DNA of 64,000 nt. Origin: a virus. Positions 1 through 9,659 of this stretch are shown here, piece by piece. The translations under genes were made by a program, and so were the position numbers. Within the stretch, counting starts at the first letter, position 1. The number at the start of each line of letters is the position of its first letter. The notes beneath the pieces were generated by a model. It did no database searches. It worked only from the letters and a program-made list of their open reading frames with translations, and was not told where the DNA came from. The stretch is taken from IMG/VR virus record IMGVR_UViG_3300010158_000036, positions 32,001 through 96,000 of that record; one strand, 5' to 3'.

Positions 1-717
1 ATATGTGTATTTTCTATATGAGCTAGAATTAACTAATTCCGTCCATGAAGATAATCTTGGTATATTTTCTGAAATTCTATTATATAAGAAAAAAGGTGAA
101 CCAACAGAATCAAATAGCTTGGATCTTAACCATTCAGCAGCTCTAAGAGGACTTTGAATGGTGATAATCCCATCAAACATAGTTATTGGAAGTTTTTTTG
201 GTACAAGTAATTTTACATTAAGATCATCTTTAAAGATATTATAGATGTTTGTGAGAACATTGTTTTTTATAGACCGAGATATTTTTGTAAGAGCTGATAG
301 ATAAGCAAAATCCGATATAGCAATAAGAGAATATTTTTGAATATTAGGAGATGATGCTAACTTTTCATAATTAGGATATTCAAGAACTGTTAATTTCAAC
401 TTAATATTTTTTACGGGAGTTGCTGAATTGATTTCTGGATTATTACTAATCTTTTCAATTTCAATATTGATTATTTCTTGTCCATTAATACCAAAATCTT
501 CAAAGAAATTAATCGTATCTTTTATAGTTGCCGATAATGTTATTACTGGGGAAAACAACTCTTCAGTTATAGTGAAAGATTCTACAATTCGACGAATATC
601 TCTAACTTCATTCTTTGAGTTTGTTATATCAAACTTAATAAGATTGAAGGCGGATGGAATATTAGCAATTCCATTCTCAATACCCTTTGGTGTATTCCTT
701 GTAATGATATTAGTCAT
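1..717 (-). CDS. Baseplate hub/tail protein (gp27-like), runs off the window start
   Basis: Not in the ORF track. Manual translation from ATG 717: MTNIITRNTPKG...DIRRIVESFTITEELFSPVITLSATIKD...; open to position 1, directly downstream of gp53. Confidence 0.55.
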   Translation of the reverse strand, partial: MTNIITRNTPKGIENGIANIPSAFNLIKFDITNSKNEVRDIRRIVESFTITEELFSPVITLSATIKDTINFFEDFGINGQEIINIEIEKISNNPEINSATPVKNIKLKLTVLEYPNYEKLASSPNIQKYSLIAISDFAYLSALTKISRSIKNNVLTNIYNIFKDDLNVKLLVPKKLPITMFDGIITIQSPLRAAEWLRSKLFDSVGSPFFLYNRISENIPRLSSWTELVNSSSYRKYTY

Positions 718-718
718 A

Positions 719-1711
719 TTAACTATTCAAAACTGAGAAGTATGCAGATGCAAAATCAGCAATTCTATCGGCTCGGATGATTTTAATTTGAGTTTTGGCA
801 TCATTTGTTATAGTCTCAATATCTTGAAAACTTTTATATATTGGTTCGTTTGTTCCTAACTTAATTAAGTCATATACATTTCTAATATTCCCAAATGTAT
901 CATAATATGTATGAGCTGCATTATAGTATAAAGACCAATTGTATGGATATGATATGACAGTTTTATTATTTATTTCTGATGTAACACTAAGCGGAATATA
1001 CACTGAATGAAATATAACATCATTTATATCAGCCCCAGTTTCTATAATAGTTTTCCAGGCAGACTCTTTTAATCCGTTAGCCACATACATGGATTTCATG
1101 ATAGATAACCATTCAAGTTTTAGAGGAGAATTGACTACATTAGGCTCATGCCAAGAAAGTGAATAATGTGGAGATGATATAAAAGAATCTCTAGAATTAG
1201 AAGATATATCATAGATAATCAATTGTTGCCTAGCCGAATCAAATTTTAGAATTTTAGCACTACTTCCTACATCATTATTTAAACGCAAATATGGAAGATA
1301 CTTTGAATTCAAGGGAGTTAAACTAAAATCCATGAGATCATCTTTATTTTTAATATCAATTAAAGATTCTGGAGTAAATGTAATAACTGAATATGGAGAA
1401 TATTCAGCTTCTATCATACTATTTAAATCATAATAAGACATTGGCCATGCCTCATTGAGACCGTCTTTGAGAAACGAATTTAGAATAAAGAAAGTCCAAT
1501 AATAGTCGGAAGTTCCATATAGATCATATGATACTGTATCTGGTCTATCTCCATCACGAATAGTATAGTAGGTATAAACCGATGCATCATCGGGAAGTTT
1601 TGATGCAGTCACTGAAACCTCTTGTGTAATATTAGTGAGATTTGTAACAGAACCATCACCATAAAGATCATATGGTATTGTAGAGTATTTGGAAAAGAAT
1701 GGGGTTGGCAT
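719..1711 (-). CDS. gp53: Baseplate wedge subunit gp53-like
   Basis: FFSKYSTIPYD N-terminus and LysM-like YTIRDGDRPDTVSYDLYGTSDYYW; T4-like synteny. Confidence 0.85.
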   Translation of the reverse strand: MPTPFFSKYSTIPYDLYGDGSVTNLTNITQEVSVTASKLPDDASVYTYYTIRDGDRPDTVSYDLYGTSDYYWTFFILNSFLKDGLNEAWPMSYYDLNSMIEAEYSPYSVITFTPESLIDIKNKDDLMDFSLTPLNSKYLPYLRLNNDVGSSAKILKFDSARQQLIIYDISSNSRDSFISSPHYSLSWHEPNVVNSPLKLEWLSIMKSMYVANGLKESAWKTIIETGADINDVIFHSVYIPLSVTSEINNKTVISYPYNWSLYYNAAHTYYDTFGNIRNVYDLIKLGTNEPIYKSFQDIETITNDAKTQIKIIRADRIADFASAYFSVLNS

Positions 1712-1722
1712 GATAGATTAAA

Positions 1723-2727
1723 TTAAAGGCCTCCTACCCTTGTACCGGATGCATTACCCCCAAGATATTGAGGAAGAGTTCCTAGAGGACCAGCTTTACC
1801 GACTCCATCATTATTAATAGGAGGAAGCGGACTTATTAAATCAGATGATGATGAATTCGGCGCAGCAACATCTGGAGCAACATCTGGAGTAAATACATTG
1901 ATGCCAGTTCTCTTTGGTTTATCACTATTCAGACTTAGAATATCTTCATATGTAAGTGCTCTTGTTTCTTTAAATGATACAGTTAATTCAGTTGCAAACG
2001 GAGCAGAATCATTTCTCCACATATTATTAGAAGAGTTGAAAGTAGAATCAACACTTTCCAGATAACAATCAAATATCTTTGGAATATGATCGAGTTCTTT
2101 TATTTCATTTCCTCCGCTAAAAGCAACAAACCGAATAGTCCAGGATGGCGGATATAATAATTGAAATCCATTTGAAACTGGATAAACCCCTGATCGGAAA
2201 GCATATACAATACGTCTAATAAGATCAGCTTCAGGAGCACTACTAGGTATTAAATTAAATTTAAAAGTAAATGTCCTTGTACCAACTCCAGAAAATTCTG
2301 TATTTACATAAGGATTGAAAATAGTACCTGCCCCAATAGATGCCGCTGAAGATATATTAGGAGAAACTGATTTCAATCCTTTTAGAACAAGTGAAGCTAT
2401 TTCTTCCTTAGATCCACCTAATTGTTGCTTGGCGTTATCAAATACTCCTTTGATAGCATCCATATTTGCACCACCTTGTAAAGATCCAGCAACTGCATTC
2501 CCAATAACTCCAAGTTCTTTTGCCGTATAAGTTGAACTATCGGCCGTAGAAATTCCAGTAGGAATTGGTAGTGCTATCATTGGAGCTTGTGCTCGCAATC
2601 TAATATTCGATGATGCCACATTCTTATTATTCTGAGTAAATACAACCATTGGCCTATAAGTCGTAGATGCAACCATAATATCCAATGGAAATATTAATGG
2701 AGCTGAAGACTGTGAGTTATTTGCCAT
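1723..2727 (-). CDS. gp48: Baseplate tail-tube cap gp48-like
   Basis: IFNPY..EFSGVGTRTFTFKFNLIPSS..EA..I and ELTVSFKETRAL; start moved to ATG 2727, just downstream of a late promoter. Confidence 0.85.
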   Translation of the reverse strand: MANNSQSSAPLIFPLDIMVASTTYRPMVVFTQNNKNVASSNIRLRAQAPMIALPIPTGISTADSSTYTAKELGVIGNAVAGSLQGGANMDAIKGVFDNAKQQLGGSKEEIASLVLKGLKSVSPNISSAASIGAGTIFNPYVNTEFSGVGTRTFTFKFNLIPSSAPEADLIRRIVYAFRSGVYPVSNGFQLLYPPSWTIRFVAFSGGNEIKELDHIPKIFDCYLESVDSTFNSSNNMWRNDSAPFATELTVSFKETRALTYEDILSLNSDKPKRTGINVFTPDVAPDVAAPNSSSSDLISPLPPINNDGVGKAGPLGTLPQYLGGNASGTRVGGL

Positions 2728-2735
2728 GATAAATA

Positions 2736-2743
2736 TATTTATA
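2736..2743 (-). promoter_or_regulatory. T4-type late promoter TATAAATA (gp48-gp53 operon)
   Basis: Exact consensus on the minus strand, 8 nt before the ATG; gp33 is present in the window. Confidence 0.75.
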
Positions 2744-2744
2744 T

Positions 2745-3224
2745 ATGTCAAAGTACTATTCTGGAAAATTTCGTCCAAAAAACATTTCTAAGTATGAAGG
2801 ACAATATGATAATATACAATATAGATCATTATGGGAACGACAAGTATTTAAATGGTGTGATGAAAATCCTAGTATAATTTCATGGTCTTCAGAAGAAACT
2901 GTAGTTCCATATGTTTGTAGAACTGATAATAAACACCATCGGTATTTCGTTGATCTCAAAATTACCTTCTCTAATGGTAAAACTTTTCTAATTGAAATCA
3001 AGCCAAAAGCTCAAACTATTTTACCTAAAAAACCTGCACGGCAAACTCGAAAGTTTCTTTTGGAAGTTCTTACTTATACAAAAAACCAGTCAAAATGGCA
3101 CGCAGCAGAAGCATATGCACATCAAAGAGGTTGGGAATTTGAGGTTTGGACTGAAGATTCTTTGGCAGATTTAGGAATCAAGCTTATTATTGAACGAGCT
3201 CCTAAACCAAAAAGGAAGATATAA
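2745..3224 (+). CDS. gp4: Head completion protein gp4 (TnsA-like nuclease fold)
   Basis: YSGKFRPKN..KY.G, YRSLWE, WSSEE, HRYFVD, LIEIKP. Confidence 0.9.
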   Translation: MSKYYSGKFRPKNISKYEGQYDNIQYRSLWERQVFKWCDENPSIISWSSEETVVPYVCRTDNKHHRYFVDLKITFSNGKTFLIEIKPKAQTILPKKPARQTRKFLLEVLTYTKNQSKWHAAEAYAHQRGWEFEVWTEDSLADLGIKLIIERAPKPKRKI

Positions 3225-3235
3225 ATAATATCTAT

Positions 3236-3823
3236 ATGATATCTTTTAAAACTTACATCTTATTGGAAAATTCTGATTATCGAGGAAACCATTCAGCCCC
3301 CATGAATACTCCAGATAAGGCGCCTCTTCACAAACTAGATATGATATATCCCGATGATATCTATAGTTTAGATGCCGCAAGACTATACGGTGATATGGGT
3401 GGAGATTTGAATGATAGGATTTCTATAAGCCTTATAAAGGCTTATAGAAATAAGCCCAATGCAAAGGTTACGATTTATCGAGCAGTTCCTAAGATTTTAA
3501 GTAATTCTGAGAAGTTGTCTAAATTGAAAACAATGAAATATAACTTCATGAGCAGAAAGTTAATTCCTAGATCTTACAAAGGGGATAAGAAGCTTTTTTA
3601 TGATTGGGTTACAAAGGAGATAGAGGAAGTTAAAGATAAACCAAACACAGCCAAACTTGTTATTTCTCCTGGAGATTGGGTTACTTTAAATAGACAATAT
3701 GCAGTTAATCATGGATTAGGAGAATTGCGGGGCAATTATAGAATTCTCACTAAGACTGTGTTAGCCAATCAATTATTTACAGATGGTAATTCAATTCATG
3801 AATTTGGATATGATCCCAGTTAA
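3236..3823 (+). CDS. Late protein with ADP-ribosyltransferase-like motifs, putative internal head protein
   Basis: TATAAATA at 3220-3227; N-terminus MISFKTYILLE; motifs IYRAVP, PGDWVTL..YA..HG, HEFGY. Confidence 0.45.
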   Translation: MISFKTYILLENSDYRGNHSAPMNTPDKAPLHKLDMIYPDDIYSLDAARLYGDMGGDLNDRISISLIKAYRNKPNAKVTIYRAVPKILSNSEKLSKLKTMKYNFMSRKLIPRSYKGDKKLFYDWVTKEIEEVKDKPNTAKLVISPGDWVTLNRQYAVNHGLGELRGNYRILTKTVLANQLFTDGNSIHEFGYDPS

Positions 3824-3835
3824 TAAATATTTAAT

Positions 3836-4405
3836 ATGGTGATCTCTAATTCAAATTCTCTTTTTCAAAAACTACATGCTGAAGCTAAATCGGCCGGAAT
3901 CATTCCTAACACGATAGCATCACATAAATGGTTTTTATCAAAGTTATCAGGAATGCGACAGACTATTGCCGAACGCACAATTATTACGGATACTTCATTA
4001 AAGTCTGGTAATAGAGCTAAAATAGGAAAAATGTATGCTTTTCGATATGATCCTAAACATAAATTAACTCTTCCATTGTATGATGCATTTCCCTTAATTT
4101 TAATGGTTGGTCCTGCAAAAGGAGCTAATGGAGAACAGGGATTCTATGGACTCAATCTTCATTATCTTCCTCCACAAGCTCGGGCGGTTTTCTTTGATAG
4201 ACTTATGTCTTTTACCAATAAAAGATATGATGCAAATACACAAATTCGTTTATCATATTCTATGCTTAAATCTGCATCAAGATTGAAAGCATTTGAACCT
4301 TGTTTTCATATGTATTTGCTAAAACACATGAAAGGATTTGCCGTAGAAATTCCTGCAACAGAATGGGAAATTGCTTTGTTCATGCCTTGCGAAAACTTCA
4401 AATAA
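3836..4405 (+). CDS. gp2: DNA end protector protein gp2
   Basis: GKMYAFRYDPKHK..LP.YD.FPL, GFYGLNLHYLPP, EWEIALFMP. Confidence 0.9.
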   Translation: MVISNSNSLFQKLHAEAKSAGIIPNTIASHKWFLSKLSGMRQTIAERTIITDTSLKSGNRAKIGKMYAFRYDPKHKLTLPLYDAFPLILMVGPAKGANGEQGFYGLNLHYLPPQARAVFFDRLMSFTNKRYDANTQIRLSYSMLKSASRLKAFEPCFHMYLLKHMKGFAVEIPATEWEIALFMPCENFK

Positions 4406-4412
4406 ATTTTAT

Positions 4413-5261
4413 ATGGCTATTACAAATCCTATTCCTCCAAAGAACACTTCTAAATCAGATCCAAAAACTCTACTTTCTAGAATTCAAGCTAGACAAGGTC
4501 TGTCCAGGAGTAATAGATTTTATGTGGATTTCAGTGCTGTCGGCACTTTATTCCAAGTTGATAATGTTCAGTTGGATGATCTTAATTATTTTTGTGAAAC
4601 ATCTTCAATTCCTGGAAGAACAATAGAAACAGTTGAATATGGTATATGGCATCGACCAATTAAATTGCCTGCAGGTTATACTAACGATGATGTTACAATG
4701 ACATTCCATATGACCAATGATTTCTTTGTTAAGAAGTTATTGGATTTATGGATGGGAAAGATCATTAATATTGATACATATCTTTTGAATTATGATAATG
4801 AATATAAAACTTCCATCAAGCTTTATCAATTAGATCAAAGTGATAAAATTATATATGGTGTAGAACTTATAGAAGCATATCCATATACAGTAAAAGCGTT
4901 AGAATTGAATAATGGTATTGAAAATGAAATAGTTTCATGTTCGGCTTCATTTACATATAAAGACTTTCGTGTTATTTCTGTTACAAATTCTGATATAACA
5001 TCAAATCCTATTTCTGTTAATAATCAATATAACAATAGTGCTCCTGTTCCTGGCTCGTCATTAACTCCATTACAGCCAGCCAATAATCCATCTTATCAAA
5101 CTATAGCTCCGGCAACACCCGGATTGGCTCCTCAACCAGATAATCAACCTTCAATATTAGACACTTTAAACCCTTCATTCTTAGATCCAAGAGTTGTTCC
5201 GCCTATCACTTCTCCAACAACTCCTGATTATAAACCCATAATTCCACAAACTCCAGTTTAA
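4413..5261 (+). CDS. gp54: Tail-tube initiator gp54 / gp19-family tube protein with Pro-rich C-tail
   Basis: GLSRSNRFYV, CETSSIPGR, L.EAYP..V..LEL; position between gp2 and gp26. Confidence 0.75.
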   Translation: MAITNPIPPKNTSKSDPKTLLSRIQARQGLSRSNRFYVDFSAVGTLFQVDNVQLDDLNYFCETSSIPGRTIETVEYGIWHRPIKLPAGYTNDDVTMTFHMTNDFFVKKLLDLWMGKIINIDTYLLNYDNEYKTSIKLYQLDQSDKIIYGVELIEAYPYTVKALELNNGIENEIVSCSASFTYKDFRVISVTNSDITSNPISVNNQYNNSAPVPGSSLTPLQPANNPSYQTIAPATPGLAPQPDNQPSILDTLNPSFLDPRVVPPITSPTTPDYKPIIPQTPV

Positions 5262-5297
5262 TTTGAAGATATATATTATATAACACAATAATAAATT

Positions 5298-6005
5298 ATG
5301 GCACTTCCTATCATTACATCTCCGAGATATTCGCTTACTGTTCCGTCAACACAAAAAACTATAGAATTTCGTCCATTTTTGGTTAAGGAAGAAAAGATTC
5401 TCCTAATAGCACAAGAATCTTCGGATAATACAGAGATTATTCAAGCAATGAAAAATATTATTTCTGCTTGTACATTCAATAAAGTTGATCCTGAAACTCT
5501 TTCAGTATTAGACCTTGAATATATCTTTCTCAAGCTTCGTTCAAAATCTGTAGGAGAAATTGCAACTATTAATTGTAAGTGTACAAAGTGTAAGAAGTTT
5601 ACTCAAACCTCAATTAATCTTGAAGATATTAAGATTGATAATGATCCTAAAAAGAGCAAAATTATTATGCTTACAGATAAAATTGGACTTAATATGAGAT
5701 ATATTCAAGTTAAAGATATGAATGTTCTCATGAATGATAAGTCGGAAAAAACTGATATGATTACCGATATTGTTATTGCTTCCATTGCTAGTATTTTTGA
5801 TGATGTTGGGGTATATCTTTCAGAACAAACATCAAGAGAAGAAATGGAAACATTTATCAATTCTTTAAATAGAACTCAAATGTCTCTAATTGAAACTTTC
5901 ATTGCAGAAGCTCCAAAATTATCACATGTTGTAAAGTTTGTATGCTCTTCTTGTAAGGAAAAGAATTCTATAACATTGATTGGTGCACAAAGTTTTTTCG
6001 AGTAG
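5298..6005 (+). CDS. gp26: Baseplate hub assembly protein gp26-like
   Basis: MALP...P.Y.L..PST...I.FRPFLVKEEKILL, DLEYIFLKLRSKSVGE, two CxxC pairs, ends GAQSFFE. Confidence 0.9.
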   Translation: MALPIITSPRYSLTVPSTQKTIEFRPFLVKEEKILLIAQESSDNTEIIQAMKNIISACTFNKVDPETLSVLDLEYIFLKLRSKSVGEIATINCKCTKCKKFTQTSINLEDIKIDNDPKKSKIIMLTDKIGLNMRYIQVKDMNVLMNDKSEKTDMITDIVIASIASIFDDVGVYLSEQTSREEMETFINSLNRTQMSLIETFIAEAPKLSHVVKFVCSSCKEKNSITLIGAQSFFE

Positions 6006-6196
6006 CGCTCTCTCACGCAAGTCTTGTGAACTTTTATCAAGAAATGTTTGCTCTTGCGCAATATCACCATTGGAGCCTAAATGAGTTAAATGATCTAATT
6101 CCTTGGGAAAAGGAAATCTATCTATCCTTACTCATAAATCATATTAAGGATGAGGAAGAGAAACAAAAAAGAGAGAGTCATAAATCATATAAATAA
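5999..6196 (+). CDS. gp51: gp51-like hub assembly segment, probably reached by -1 frameshift from gp26 (internal ATG at 6044)
   Basis: Manual translation RVALSHASLVNFYQEMFALAQYHHWSLNELNDLIPWEKEIYLSLL..., stop 6194-6196; not in the ORF track. Confidence 0.75.
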   Translation, partial: RVALSHASLVNFYQEMFALAQYHHWSLNELNDLIPWEKEIYLSLLINHIKDEEEKQKRESHKSYK

Positions 6197-6205
6197 AGAT
6201 GAACT

Positions 6206-8266
6206 ATGGCTAAAAAAATATCAAGAACTTCTTCTAATTCGGTTTCTCTTCAAGGAGGATTTCTTGATATTATTGATGAGATTAAAAAATCAAATCAAAT
6301 CGTCGGATCCATTGCAGAATCTATTAAAGTATTGGATACCGCCAAGTCTTTAGTATTAAAACCTACAGAAGGTCTTCATCATGAAATAGAAATGGGTTTA
6401 CTCAATATAGCAAATGTCGCAGCTATATTAAGAGAAATCAGAGATGATAAAAAATGGGAAGAGATAGTTAAATATACCAGATTAAGTGCAGAGAGAATAT
6501 TAACTCTCACTGAAGCTATTAGTAATATTAAGATAGTAAATCCGGTTACAAGTGCTATTTCTAGTAATAAACCTATGGGAGCTACTAGAGTATTAACGTC
6601 TCCAGGTAAACGAATAACAAAAATATCAAGTTATAGAGGATCTCGCCATCAAATGGTAGATACTTCAATCGAAACTCCTGGTGTAGGAAATCTATTAAAA
6701 GGTTTAATGTTAAGTATCACACCTCAATTTGTTTTTGATGTATATACAAACGGTATTCAGAAATTAGTCAATGTTATAAAATCAATAGATATTTCTTTAA
6801 TTGATGAAAAATTAAAACATCTTTCAGGACTATCAAGAATAGTTAAAGATATTCAAAGTATCAGTTGGATTGGTGTATTGAAAGGCGCATTGACTCTTAA
6901 AAGTCTTTCTCATATATATGCAATGGGTATACGAGCATTAGTAAATGCTTTGAGTACAATAGATATACCTAAAGAACTTGAAGAAAGAATCAGACTTTTT
7001 GCTCATATATTAGATCCTTTGGAAACTCTTCAGAATCTAAAATTCGTAAAGATGTTAGCAGGGTCTTTATTGCTATCAACTATTACCAATAATATAGTTG
7101 CAGGTCTAACACCATTAACATCTATACCTACTACAAAATTAGAAAAGTTAAAAAATGTAGGAATTATGTTACAAGAGGTATTTACTCCTATTGCAAAATT
7201 TCTTAGTTCTGTTGCGGGATCTCTAATGAAAGGAGCTTTAGGTATAACTTTATTGGGAGCTTCAATATTGCCATTTGTATTTTCATTGAAAATGATGGAA
7301 GGTATTAAAGAGGACACCATTGAAAATCTTGCTAAAGGCTTAGTAGTATTAGCTATTGCTGGCGGTGTACTTGGATCTGCATTACCAATGGTTGCGGCTG
7401 GAGCTTTAGGTATAACTTTATTGGGAGCCTCAATATTTCCTTTTATACTTGCACTCGAATCGCTACAAGGAATTGATTGGAAAATTATTGAGACTATTGG
7501 TCCAGCATTATCATCTTTAGCTGAAGGGGCAATACCATTAGTTCTAGCCGGTCCAGGTTTAACTTTAGGTGCTATAGGTCTTGGTTTATTTGCAGGAGGT
7601 CTTAAGTCGTTATCAATGGCAATGAATAATGATTCTGCTAAAACATTAACAACCTTTGTAACCAATTTAACAGATCTCACTAAGAATGTAACATTTACAA
7701 AACTTAAAGATATTGCTTTGGGAGTTGGTGCATTAGCCTTAGGTATTGCCGGACTTGGAGCTGGCACCGCAATTGATGGTATTCTATCATTCTTTGGTAA
7801 AAAACTAGGACTTACAATAGATCCAATTGCACAAATCATAAGTCTAGCTGAACGAGGTGCTGGTATCACTCTTGTTGGCGACGGTCTTAATAATATAGCA
7901 AAAGGCTTAGCGAGTATTGCAGACGCCGCTGATGGACTTAAAGCCTTAACTGATTTAGATATTGATAAACTTGAAAGTGTTGCAAAATTTCAAAAAGCCG
8001 TTTCCGCTGGATATACATCATGGGATGATTATAAAAGTCATGATTATAAAGATCGTAATGCAATTAAAACTATAGAACCTACTACAGGTATTAGTGTGAA
8101 CAGTGATGTCAGTAGATCACTTGGCGGGCAAGGAAGCTCTACTCCAATTATTGTTAACAATATTAACACTGGTGGTAATGTATCATCGAATAGTTCTAAT
8201 ATTATGAATAGTGTGATGATGGCCTCAGTACCCGGAAGCGGAATACCTGCATTATGGGATTATTAA
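6206..8266 (+). CDS. Tape measure / baseplate hub gp29-like
   Basis: 686 aa, Ala/Gly/Leu-rich helical, repeated GALGITLLGASI; follows gp26/gp51; TATAAATA at 6188-6195. Confidence 0.7.
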   Translation: MAKKISRTSSNSVSLQGGFLDIIDEIKKSNQIVGSIAESIKVLDTAKSLVLKPTEGLHHEIEMGLLNIANVAAILREIRDDKKWEEIVKYTRLSAERILTLTEAISNIKIVNPVTSAISSNKPMGATRVLTSPGKRITKISSYRGSRHQMVDTSIETPGVGNLLKGLMLSITPQFVFDVYTNGIQKLVNVIKSIDISLIDEKLKHLSGLSRIVKDIQSISWIGVLKGALTLKSLSHIYAMGIRALVNALSTIDIPKELEERIRLFAHILDPLETLQNLKFVKMLAGSLLLSTITNNIVAGLTPLTSIPTTKLEKLKNVGIMLQEVFTPIAKFLSSVAGSLMKGALGITLLGASILPFVFSLKMMEGIKEDTIENLAKGLVVLAIAGGVLGSALPMVAAGALGITLLGASIFPFILALESLQGIDWKIIETIGPALSSLAEGAIPLVLAGPGLTLGAIGLGLFAGGLKSLSMAMNNDSAKTLTTFVTNLTDLTKNVTFTKLKDIALGVGALALGIAGLGAGTAIDGILSFFGKKLGLTIDPIAQIISLAERGAGITLVGDGLNNIAKGLASIADAADGLKALTDLDIDKLESVAKFQKAVSAGYTSWDDYKSHDYKDRNAIKTIEPTTGISVNSDVSRSLGGQGSSTPIIVNNINTGGNVSSNSSNIMNSVMMASVPGSGIPALWDY

Positions 8267-8535
8267 ATCCTATTCTCATATAAAAAGGTATCAAACTCTT
8301 CTGCTGTATGTATACCTTCAAGAGTAGATAGAATATTTCCATTCATATCATAGAAGATACAGTATGGAATTCCTGTAAGTTTTGAATCTAGAACTATATG
8401 AATATTATCATAATTATCGACATCAATAATCTGTAATTGAGTTGGAGTCCTATTACAATAATCTTGAATAACTATTTGATACTTCTTACAATCTATACAA
8501 GAAAGTAAAGTAAAAACCCTGATTAAAAAGATCAT
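8263..8535 (-). CDS. Thioredoxin/glutaredoxin-like protein
   Basis: CIDC, IIDVD and GIPYCIF motifs; start set downstream of the hairpin at 8548-8588. Confidence 0.6.
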   Translation of the reverse strand: MIFLIRVFTLLSCIDCKKYQIVIQDYCNRTPTQLQIIDVDNYDNIHIVLDSKLTGIPYCIFYDMNGNILSTLEGIHTAEEFDTFLYENRI

Positions 8536-8547
8536 AAAGTATATAAC

Positions 8548-8588
8548 AAAAATCCCGACACTTCTCAAAAAAGAGGTGTCGGGATTTT
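8548..8588 (-). terminator. Intrinsic terminator after gp32
   Basis: aaaatcccgacac...gtgtcgggatttt inverted repeat with T-run. Confidence 0.8.
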
Positions 8589-8604
8589 AAGTTTTATTTA
8601 ATCG

Positions 8605-9528
8605 TTATTGTTTGGCAAGCTTAGCAAAATATGAAAGCGACGAATCATCTTCTTCTCCACTCTCACCCGCATCTTCATAAGTAGAAGCAACTGATTCCTT
8701 AACAAGTTCTGGCAGAGACTTACCAAGTACAGCTGGTGTAGTTGTATTCACACTAGTGTGATTTACCATAGTATTATCAGTTTCTCCCATAACAGCAAGG
8801 AACTTACTTTTAAGTTCATTATATGATTTGAACTTATCAGGAGAAACCAATTCTGTGAGGGAATATAGACCATCATAAAGTTCCTTTTGACGCTCTTCAT
8901 CACCTGCAAAGATTTCTGAAGGTGCATCAAATTCACTCTTATCATAATTACGATAACCTTCAACGTGACGGATTTTGATCTTGAAATTAGCACCAGCCCA
9001 CATATCAAAGACATTAACTGCTACTTCTCCAGGGAAAGTTGGGGAAAGTTTTTCATTGATCATGTCAAAAATCTTCTTACCATAACGGAAGATTTTGATT
9101 TTCCCTTCATTTTCAGGATTTGCTGGATCTGCTATTACTAGTACATTAGAAAAATAATTAAGATGACGTTTGCGAGCACGAACGCCCTCTTTATCTTTTT
9201 CATTGCCACTATTCCATTTTAGGGCGTTATACTCAGATACATAATCTTGTTGACCATTTGTGGTTAATGAATTTTCAATGTACCAACGACCAGTTGTTTC
9301 ACCTTTAAATGAATGCGACCAAAGTCGTACGAATGGTAGATCCTCGCCAGATTTTGCAGGGAGAAATCTAATAACAGCAAAGCCATTACCAGTTTTATCA
9401 GCTACAGGACTCCAGAGACGTTCATCAGGTGTATATGACTTTGATGGATTGGTAATTTGTTCAGAAGCACCAACAAGTTTAGCTAGAGCAGCATCCCGAT
9501 TTTTCTTTAATTGATCGAATGTAGACAT
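8605..9528 (-). CDS. gp32: Single-stranded DNA-binding protein gp32
   Basis: DERLW.P..DK.GNGFAVIRFLP, WYIENSLTT, GANFKIKIR.VEGYRNYDKSEF, acidic tail LSYFAKLA. Confidence 0.95.
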   Translation of the reverse strand: MSTFDQLKKNRDAALAKLVGASEQITNPSKSYTPDERLWSPVADKTGNGFAVIRFLPAKSGEDLPFVRLWSHSFKGETTGRWYIENSLTTNGQQDYVSEYNALKWNSGNEKDKEGVRARKRHLNYFSNVLVIADPANPENEGKIKIFRYGKKIFDMINEKLSPTFPGEVAVNVFDMWAGANFKIKIRHVEGYRNYDKSEFDAPSEIFAGDEERQKELYDGLYSLTELVSPDKFKSYNELKSKFLAVMGETDNTMVNHTSVNTTTPAVLGKSLPELVKESVASTYEDAGESGEEDDSSLSYFAKLAKQ

Positions 9529-9659
9529 ATTATTATTTGTATTGTTGTATTGTTTGTATTTTATTATTGTTTGTTTTGTATTTTTATATAGAGGAAATTA
9601 TTGCTAAGAATATCCTTTATATAATATATATTATATATCATTTTTTCTGATATGTAAAT

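Noticed and set aside
428-736. 102-aa plus-strand ORF
   Set aside because: Antisense to the hub-like gene running off the window start
6150-6353. 67-aa ORF between gp26 and the tape measure
   Set aside because: Out of frame with both; the gp51-like frame ending at 6196 explains the interval
7030-7869. 279-aa minus-strand ORF
   Set aside because: Antisense shadow of the Ala/Gly-rich tape measure gene
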